The notes beneath the pieces were generated by a model. That model saw only the letters and a program-made list of their open reading frames with translations, made no database searches and was not told the DNA's origin. Position numbers and translations under genes: made by a program. Shown piece after piece: positions 36,901 through 45,613 of a stretch of DNA of 45,613 nucleotides; within the stretch, counting starts at the first letter, position 1, and each line of letters opens with the position of its first letter. The DNA is taken from positions 248,001 through 293,613 of the forward strand of contig NW_013547015.1 in assembly GCF_000711695.1 (NCBI RefSeq), given 5' to 3'. The stretch is from Tilletiaria anomala UBC 951. Lineage: Eukaryota.

Positions 36901-39900
36901 ACCGAGTTCTCGTCTCTCGCTCGCTGCCGGAATGGATCTTTGAGGTCGAGCTGAGTGACGCGGTCGAGTACATCATCCCATTGCTCAATGGGTTGGGAAC
37001 CGATGGTGCGTTGCCGTGCATTTCTCTCTCTACTCTTCATGACACTAACGACCGCTGTGTCTTTCTTTCCAGAGCTTGAGGTCTGTGCAGCATTTGCTCC
37101 CGTTTTGGACTGCATCATGTGGTTCTTCTTCCGCAATTGCCCACTTGCAGAGTTGGACGGCGATGAGGATTCAGGTCCGAATGCTCTGTCAACGCAGACA
37201 CCCCGAGAAGGCAAGGTGGACGGGGAAGACGAACCGGTCGCTCGAGAGACGGCCATGCGCCCGAGGTTGCCGGTTGGGGCATTTACGCCTTTGCTCTGCA
37301 CGCTGCTGCTTAACCAACATGCTTCCATTGCGGAGGCTACTCAGTTCGCCTTGACTCAGTTTATCATTCGGCTGCACACTGGACATGTCGACCTCGCAGC
37401 CGAGCCTTTGCGCTCGCCGCAACCGAATGATGAGCCAGCGATGTTCGCCTTCACGAATCAGCCCGATATCGGGGACGATCTTGGGACGTACCTCGACAAT
37501 GCCGGCCTCGTTAAAGGGGTACTCGGACGGGAAGGCAAACTTGTTCCACACGAGGACTACTTCTTTGGAAGGAAGCAGCGTGCAGCGGTCCAGGCAGAAA
37601 TCCTCGACAATGTCGCATTTGCCATTGGCAGGCTTAGTCCAGACCAACAGGCACATCGGGATGTAAATCAAGAAGGCGGCCAAGAGAGTCATGCAGGCCA
37701 GTCAGACTCTGCTATGGGCGATACTTCCCGGTCGCCAGGCGAGACGCGCCCAGCAGACGATCAAGGGTCTTTGCAATCGGAGGATGCCAACAATACTGAG
37801 CAGCTTCAAGAACAAGGAACAGACGACTCGCTTGAACAATCTCAGTTTGACCAAATTCCCCACGACCCATGGGGAATCATGAATGAGTGGAATGGCACAG
37901 CGGATGTCAACTCGGAGCACGCGTCTGGTTATGAGGCCGACTTGGACACGGAAGCAGCTGTCGGACGTATGTCATCGGTCTCCTTACTGGCAGCATTGGC
38001 CGCCGAAAAGTGCATCAGCGAGGATGTCTTGGAGCAACGCTTCGTACCAGAGCTGATCCGACTGCGCACCGATGGCGCGTACTTTGTGCGCAAGGAGGTT
38101 GCGCTCTCCTTGGCTTCTCTCGCTAAGAGCCTGTCGCCGGTTATCGTGGACACGGAGCTCATCGAAACGTTCGAGATGTTCACCCACGACAAGATCTGGC
38201 ATGTACGACAAGCTGCGTGCCTTTCTATGCCGGGCTTGTTTGGCGCCACGTCCAATGCCGCGCTCAAGCGGGAGAAGGTCATCCAAGCAGTCCGCACTTT
38301 CTCAACGGATGTCTCGAAGCAAGTCCGATCTGCATCATTGGAGATCATCGGCGAACTCATCCACCTCTTCTACGGAGATCCCGAGGGCCCGCCGGAACAC
38401 CTGATTCGGTTCTTTACGGGAGAGTCGTACGACCGGGAGGAAGAGTCTGAAGCACCTGTCAATGAGCAGTTTCTGCCAGGTCGATCAATTGCGCAGACGC
38501 CTACACCCTTGGAGACCGACGATGGCATGTGGGGCCATGAAATGTGGGCAAGCTCGTCGGTGGACTCCGAACGGCCCTTGATGGTCGCTTTCAACCTCCC
38601 AGCTGTCGTCCTGACCCTAGGTGCGAGCAAATGGTCAACGTTGCGCGAACTGTATGCGAATTTGGCGGATGATCGCTCACCGAGGGTGCGTAGGTCTTTG
38701 GCTGCATCGCTGCATGAGATTGCGAAAATCATAGGGCCCGAGCCAGCCGGCGCCGACGTACTTCCCCTGTTCGACAAGCTGCTTTCTAATCAGGAGGCAG
38801 AGGTTCGGGCAGCTGCCGTCGATCATGTCGACGAGTTGCTGGCCGCAGTCCCCAGAGAAGAGGCGGAGGGGAAACTGCGCCTCTTGAAGACTCACTGGAC
38901 ATCGACTTTTAGCCCCGATTGGCGATTGCGGGAGCGCCTCGCTCAATTGATCGAGCCGCTCGCTCGCCAGTTCCTCCTTGGAGATGAGGACGGCAACTTG
39001 GTTGCTCTGATGCAGTTAGCTCTTTCGGACCCTGTCGCGTCAGTCCGGAACGTCGGTTGCCGATCTGTGCCCACTCTCTATACGATCTTCGCGGAGCATG
39101 ACCAGGTCATCGCCGATGGCTTCCTCGGCATGATTAGCGACATGGGCGAGAGCGACAAGTACCGCATGCGCTTGTCTTGCCTCGGCGCGATCCAAGCGCT
39201 CGTAGAGTCGAAGATCCAGCGCTCGTCTTTCGAACTCGTCCTCCTGCAGCGCATCATCCAATTTGGCTCTGATGCGGTTGTGGACGTTCGTCTATTGCTC
39301 GCACGTGTTGTGTCCCGTATGTGCGGCATCGGTGAGTATTTAGAGAGGGAGATGCCATAACGGCGTCGGACTGATTTGTTCTTTGTGGTCGCCTGCAGAT
39401 GAACTCTACGGCCTGCCGCAATCCCGTTCAGACGACCTGAATGCACTCCTTGAGTGTCTTGCACAGGACCGACACGAGCAGGTGCGGGAGATGATCACGC
39501 CTTTGCTGCTTGAGGGTAAGAAGCTTCCCGCGAGAAAGTCCTTATCGCCTGAGCCTCGTCGACAACTCGTCCTCGGCCCCGCAGAGGGAGGTCCTCACAA
39601 GCCCCCTGCGGACGAGGTAGTACAAGTGACTGGATGCGAACAGGACTACGAGTTTGCAGACGCCGAGACGGTGAACATTGAGCTTGATCAAGATGGTGCC
39701 GCGCAATCTGGCTACGAGGTGTGGGTCCGAAGAGACGAAGAGGACAGCGATGATGACATGGATGGCGGCGCTGGGTCTGCCACAACCACCGCGAATGCGG
39801 ATGCTGCACATTGCAGCGAGGGTGAGGGGCATGTCGATGCGGACGCGGATTCCGAGTGGGTCTTCAGCAGTCAGATGGACATTGGCGATGATGCAGGAAC

Positions 39901-40426
39901 TCCTGTGCACCGCAAGGGCCAACTACACATCAATGGCGTGTTGGAGTCTAGTCAGCGCGCGGAAGCCCTGACGACACTGTACTCGCCACTCAAAGCTGGC
40001 GACACCAACAAGAAGTCGGCTGCGCCGGCGCCGGTGTCGTCCGCTTCGTTGTACGCTCCGATGGACATGAGCCCGACGAAGAAGGGCGCGCGGAACGGCC
40101 ACACTGTCAGCGGTAAGGTATCGTCCTCCGCAACTCTATCCGATTATGCAGCGGATGACAATAACGACACCAACGACGCCGACGGCGCTGTGCGAGCAAA
40201 TAGTGCAAGCATCGGCGGCAGCGACCCTTTTCATGCATTTGTAGCGCACCGTCGTGATCAGGGGCCGCCGGCGCGTGCGCCGCAGCCGATCGGCGACAAA
40301 GTCAGCAGCGTTAAGAGCATCCGCCACGGAAGCGATCCGGATAGGAATGGCCAGGAAGGCCAAGAGGAAGGCGTAGCGTGCGCAGATCTGCAGCGGATCA
40401 TTGGAGATGCGATGGAGGAGGACTGA
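33927..40426 (+). CDS. Large HEAT-repeat protein similar to PP4 regulatory subunit 1 / PP2A-A scaffold family. Exons 33927-37005, 37073-39331, 39399-40426; ~2121 aa
   Basis: HEAT motifs YFVRKEVA, WHVRQAAC, PRVRRSLAASLHEIAKIIG, DWRLRERLA, DPVASVR and VVDVRL; AFNLPAVVLTLG motif; ~980-aa Ser/Pro-rich disordered N-terminus. Confidence 0.78.
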
Positions 40427-40666
40427 TGGATCGATGTTGGGCTATGCATGCAGCTATGTGCCCTTCTGGGCATCCTTTGCTCTCACGCTGCTTGCATGCT
40501 CCTTGAGATTTTGCGCACTTAACATACCGGATGTATCATCACGCTGTCGATGCCAACATTGCATTTGTCTACTTTGTGCAAACTCTATGGCGTCACAGTC
40601 TGAGAAGCGCTTCCCACGTACCAATCCATTTGAAAACATGGCCTAATGCTGGTAGATGTTTCCGAA

Positions 40667-41806
40667 TCAGACATTGCCCAACCCGTCGCCGGGCCAATCG
40701 ATGACGTCCGACGTGATAAGCAGCGCGACGAGCGTGAGCGCACACACGAGCGCGCAGCTCGTCCACATCCAAGTTGCCTCTGCGCGCTCGACGCGCTCAA
40801 AGGAGACCGGCGGTGACAGGAAGGCGAGCGGCACGCTCTCGTTCGCCAGCGGGATGGCAGCGGCGTGTTGCACTTGTGCAGAGGCAGGTGAAGGGAAGGA
40901 AGAGCAGTGGACTGGAGTGCTGGTGTGGGCGCTATACCCGCTTGGGATGTGGACGAACATGTGGTGCTCCTTTGCCTTTGCATGCGCACCTGCACGCGCG
41001 GGTTCGGTGCTAAGAGCGTGACGCACCAGAAATTCAGTTTGCTCGGTGTCATTGTCATTGTCTTCCTCTTCTTCCTGCTGCTGCTGCGGCTGCGATGGCG
41101 GCGAACGGATCGAAGCGCCTTGTGCGCCTTTAGGTTCCGCATCGCCATCGTCGTCGCCTTCATCTTCAAGAGGGGCACCATCTGCTACTTGGAACAGCAC
41201 AAAGTTCTCAGCCTCGTCGTGGACCGCGCGTGTCCCCCATGCTGTACTGGGCCCTGTCGCGCTGACGCCGAGCTCAATGGGCGTCAACGGGAAGCCCTCG
41301 CTCTTGCTCGCGTTGGCAGGGGTAAAGCGAGCAGACGTAGGCCTCGCAGCTGAGCCATGCCTGCTCTCGGTGCCGCCGATGACCCAGCCGAGCGACTCGA
41401 CGCGCGCCGATGCGCGTCGTCCAGCTGCGCTTGCGCTGCCTGGTGCGGGCCACAGAGGCGAGTGCCACGATGGAGACATAGGCGGATGTGCGAGTGCGTT
41501 TGCTGCCGCTGCTGCAGCTGTCTTGGGCGCCGTCCTTCTTCGTGCCGGCGATTCTCCTGATGCATCTTCCGCTTGAAACGCGGCAAAGGTTGAGGTAAGT
41601 GGTGTGAAGATAGTTTGTGCAGTGTTGATGCTGAGGCTGCGCACGGCAGCAATGTTTGCGTCTGTAGGCGCACAGGCGCCCGCGTCGCGGCTCGCAGGCG
41701 TGCGCCCTGTTGCAAGCTCGGGAGGGAATTGCTGCTCGTGTTCTGGTTGTTCTTGGTCGGGCCAGAGACCAGCCGTATGAATCGGGAGGACCTGCATGTA
41801 GGACAT
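40667..41806 (-). CDS. Hypothetical protein, 379 aa, low-complexity, with one C-terminal hydrophobic helix
   Basis: Long ATG-initiated ORF in otherwise unoccupied space; WMWTSCALVCALTLVALLI near the C-terminus; no recognisable domain. Confidence 0.65.
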   Translation of the reverse strand: MSYMQVLPIHTAGLWPDQEQPEHEQQFPPELATGRTPASRDAGACAPTDANIAAVRSLSINTAQTIFTPLTSTFAAFQAEDASGESPARRRTAPKTAAAAAANALAHPPMSPSWHSPLWPAPGSASAAGRRASARVESLGWVIGGTESRHGSAARPTSARFTPANASKSEGFPLTPIELGVSATGPSTAWGTRAVHDEAENFVLFQVADGAPLEDEGDDDGDAEPKGAQGASIRSPPSQPQQQQEEEEDNDNDTEQTEFLVRHALSTEPARAGAHAKAKEHHMFVHIPSGYSAHTSTPVHCSSFPSPASAQVQHAAAIPLANESVPLAFLSPPVSFERVERAEATWMWTSCALVCALTLVALLITSDVIDWPGDGLGNV

Positions 41807-42955
41807 CTTGCCGAGTGCGAGCTCAACTTGCGAGAGGGTAAATGAACTTCGAAAAAGTGACCTGGGCGGCCGCGCTACACTGTGCTCGTCTCCTCACGGA
41901 GGCTCTTCCTGGTCCTCGTCTTGAATCAGCTGCGCTGCGTCAGCCAGCGTGGAGGTGGCGATCCCACGCCCGACCTTCCTGGCGCTGCTGGTACGACGAT
42001 CGTCGGGCGGAGCCTTGTTGGGCGTGCGTATGGGTAGCATTCGTTCCGCAGGCGCTGCTTGTCAGTCCTGTGTTCTGGCTTTTGCGTCTGGCGCTCGTCC
42101 GCTTCTCGTAGGCTGTCGTGCGAGGTCCAACCAGCAGGCTTGCTGGCTTGGTCTTGCGCTGGGTTTTGAGTGGGTGGAGGGATGAAGAAGGGTAGTCTGA
42201 CGAGAAGAGCGAGGCACACAAGTGTTGCAAAGGACAGGAATGGTCACGTGACGAAGCATTCAGCCTTGCGGCGGCAGGGACCCGGTCATCGGCACATCCA
42301 TCAGCGTTTCCCTCATGCACGACCAGAATCGTATATGCATCTGTATGCTCCTCAGGCTTCTATGCATCTAGCCATTATCCTTGCTTTCGTAAAGTGCCTA
42401 CACATCTTTGGGGATTGACCTACTGAGAGTGAGCACCGACGGGTTGCAAGCGACGAACGAGGCCGATCCTCCAAGTGAACCCTCGCTCGCTTGGCAGTGT
42501 CACGTAACTGTCAGCCACAGGTTCTCGGCCGAGAGACTCACAACACCCATCACTCATCGATGAACGCAATCAATACCGTTTCAAATGTGACAACCATATC
42601 TTGTCAGCACCCCCCCCCCCAAATTACCCTCACACCCATAAACCATATCCTAGGAGGGTATCTTCCAGGAGGGAGAGCTCATTCCTCCGCACCCCCGTCG
42701 AGCGCAGATGCATACGGGCTGCTCCGACTCCTGATTGATTGGCCAGCTTGACGCTCCAAAGGCCTTTGCCGAGAACGCGCTTGGTTCGCGCTCCCTCACT
42801 CCGACTCCGCGTGCGCAGCCACAGTTAGCTCGCTAGACATGGGACAAAGGGCATAGCCCCAGATCGACCCTCCGTGTACGAGCAACACATCACCACCCCC
42901 AGCTCGGAAAGCACATGGGTAATAGGGCAAGGCTCCTGCCAACCGTCTCGCAAGC

Positions 42956-45613
42956 ATGTCCACCTTTTCGCGCTTCCTCCTGTCCCCCAACCCCAACACA
43001 GCCGGTCGCACGACCGGCACCGGCGGTGACGCACTCTTCCGCTCCGGATACGGCTACGACAGCTTTGTCAGCGATCATGATCACGACGTTGATGGTGACG
43101 GCGATGGAAGCGCAGACCTGCGGCATCCTGCTGCCTCCACAGCCACAGCTGACTGCAACCCGCGGACGGCGCTGCGCCAGGGGTCCGCAACTGCTGCTGC
43201 CCCTGTATCGTCGGCGCTGATAAGAGATATTGCCGACGAGGAGGATGCAGATCTGTGGCACGCTTCGACCTCAGCATCTTCGTCTGTTGTCCCTACAGAT
43301 GACCCGTTCCTCGCCGAGCCTCAGGACCCGCTGCAGCTGCCTGCGGACTCGAACAAGAATCCGCCGCACACATACGGTCTTGGCAAGCCAGCGACGGAGA
43401 TGGTGACGCGAGGCTGGATCGCACATGAAAGCGTCGTCTACGACAGAGCGACGGAGAAAGGAAAAGGCAGAGGCAGCCGAGGCATCGGAGATGCGGCTGC
43501 GCCAAAAGACAACCGCGACCTGGGCGCGTCGTCTAATTCACCCTTCCTCTCCACATCGGCGTCCTTTGCAGCATCTGCGCCAGTGTCAGTGGTAGCATCG
43601 GGAACAGCGTCGTCGTCGGCCACATCGAAAGGAAAATCGCGGCGCTCGGCCTCGCCGCGCAGACAGGCTGCTCTCGCTGCTGCGCGGTCGATTCACGCCA
43701 GTCGCGCCGCGTTGCGCGAACAAAAGCAGCAACAACAATTACCACTTTCTTCAGAGGATGAGCAAGATGAACTGCTGGACGAAGACGACAAAGATGAAGC
43801 AGATGAAAATAATGGTCAGCACAGCGTCGGCTCGAGGACGAGCGGCGGAGGACGGAGGTACTCGGTCTCCAGCTTCCTTTTCGGCTCGCGATCCAAGCGA
43901 CATCGTTCGTCGGCGTACGACTCTGCGTCACCCTCCTCCGCATCCTCCTCAGACACGGACGAGCCCGGAAGCCGCCCGCGCGCGACGAACCCGCTGCGAC
44001 GGCACAAGGACACGGCGCGCGAAGGCAGTGGAAGTCGCATGCTCGCGTCGTCCAGCGCATTTTTGCAGCAGGACAAGCATGCACGCAAGGAAGCAGAGCG
44101 CAGCAAAGGCGGCCGCGGGAGTGGCCGAATGATCGGCAGCCTCTTCGGCGGCCGTAGATCCATACTGCGCGAAGTGGACGAGGAGGAGCACGAAGCAGGC
44201 GCGGCAGGCGAGACCGAAGAAGAAGATGGTGCTAGGGATGCGAAACGAGGTGGAAACGGAGATGAAGGCGATCCCGACGGCGACAACGACGATGATATCA
44301 TCTACCCTGCACCGCCTGCCAGCCGCGGCTGGACGCCGTGGGCAAATCGCCTGGCGCTTGGCGAGTACAAGGACAAAGCTGGCGCTGTTGCATTCGCCGC
44401 GTCCATCGCCGTCGTGCTGCTGTTCGGAGGCGTGAGCGCGCTCACTGCTGCTGTGAGTGGGCTGAAAAGCGCTTTGTTTCTAGGAAGGAGTGGCTGATGC
44501 TTCTGGTATGATCATCTTACCGGTGCCGGTTCCGCCGCCTCGCGAATCAGCCGCTCACGACGCCACCGGCCGAGACAGACCCAAACAAGCCAGCCCCGTC
44601 GACGCGACCGTCGTCGTACTTCACCATTACACACAGCATCCCCTTGCTCGCGCTACTCATCCTGCTGTCGACGCTGGCATCAGCCGCGAACCTGCTCTTC
44701 CTGCGCTACGCTTCGTCGCGTCTGCACGCCGCTGCCACGCAGTATCTCCGCGTCGGCCTCGCTGCCGTCCCCGCCACGCTCGCCCTCGGCTGGCTCTGGG
44801 CGTTCGCGGGCAGCTTCTACTATGACGACGAGCGCTGGTCCGGTGGCGCATGGAGCACGACCGGCCTGCGTGCGCTGTCGCTCCTCCCCGTCGTGCTCGC
44901 CGCGCTGTTCACGCGTGCAGTCTGGGCGCGCCGGGACCGCCTCGCGCGCAGCGTCGCCGTTCTCGAGCTCGCCGCGACCGTCGTCGTGCAGCACCCCGCA
45001 CTCTTGCTGCTCAGCCTCGCGGGCCTCGCGGCCTTCCTCGCGCTCAGCATCCCCTTCCTCGCCATCTTTGCGCGCCTCTTCCTCGTAGGGCACTACGGTA
45101 CGCTGAAGCAGCGCGTCGGCAAACGCCCCCCAGAGCAAGGAGAATGGATCTGGCACACGGACGCCACGGCGAAGCTCCTCGCGTGGGTCACCCTCGGCAC
45201 GTGGCTCTGGACCTGGGCCGTCCTGCGCGGCATACAGCGCGTGACGATCGCCGGCGTCGTCAGCCATTGGTACTTTCATCGTCGGGGCGGGGAAGCTTCA
45301 TCGTTTCTAGCCGATGGAACGGCAGCGGCGGCGGCGGCGGCGGCCGCTGCTGCTGCCGATGAGGATGAGGAAAACGTCATTGGGTTCGTTGCAAACAATA
45401 CACCCGGGGGCTGGCCGGAAGATGACGATGCGCAGAGCTTCGGTGGTCTAGCTAAGTCTCTCATCGGCGAGCCGACAAGTCTTGAGATCGTCCGCGCCTC
45501 GTTCGCTCGGGCCACCGGCCCAGCGCTGGGGACAATCTGCGCTTCGGCGCTCGTGCTGGCGCTGACGTGGCTCGCGGCGATCATCGCGGACAACGCAAGG
45601 CGGACGTCCAACC
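42956..45613 (+). CDS. Choline transporter-like (CTL/SLC44, Pns1/Ctl1 family) membrane protein, 3' partial. Exons 42956-44452 and 44551 to window end
   Basis: Exon 2, translated by hand and absent from the ORF track, gives several TM helices with LARSVAVLELAATVVVQHPALL, WTWAVLRGIQRVTIAGVVSHWYF and RATGPALGTICASAL, which fit the Choline_transpo family; long acidic/Ser-rich N-terminus. Confidence 0.8.

Noticed and set aside
44680..45279. 199-aa minus-strand ORF and other ORFs over the last kilobase
   Set aside because: Antisense or out-of-frame shadows of the CTL-family exon 2 in very GC-rich sequence

Overview
Intron-rich fungal genomic DNA with GT-AG introns, CTGAC/CTAAC branch points and about 55-60% GC by eye. 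Protein style suggests a basidiomycete, probably Ustilaginomycotina (inference). I assembled 14 protein-coding genes by hand: PEX10, alanine-glyoxylate aminotransferase, Rho-GDI, an Atf1-type bZIP factor, a Zn2Cys6 factor, MET17, SNZ1/PDX1, RIP1, SPT16, ATG8, a DSS1-like mitochondrial RNase II, a ~2,100-aa PP4R1-like HEAT protein, an orphan tail-anchored protein and a partial CTL-family transporter. Summed exon lengths are in frame for all complete models. I found no rRNA, tRNA, transposon or CRISPR array. This is mostly a housekeeping region and I cannot support a wholly new system. The best leads are regulatory or isoform-level: (1) an ATG8 ending exactly at Gly116; (2) an AGT with a PTS2 between two in-frame AUGs; (3) an atf1 locus with a stop-free 81-nt intron inside the DNA-binding helix, clustered CRE/AP-1 sites upstream and a possible divergent unannotated transcript; (4) a GC-AG intron in MET17; (5) a distant-branch-point intron in RIP1.
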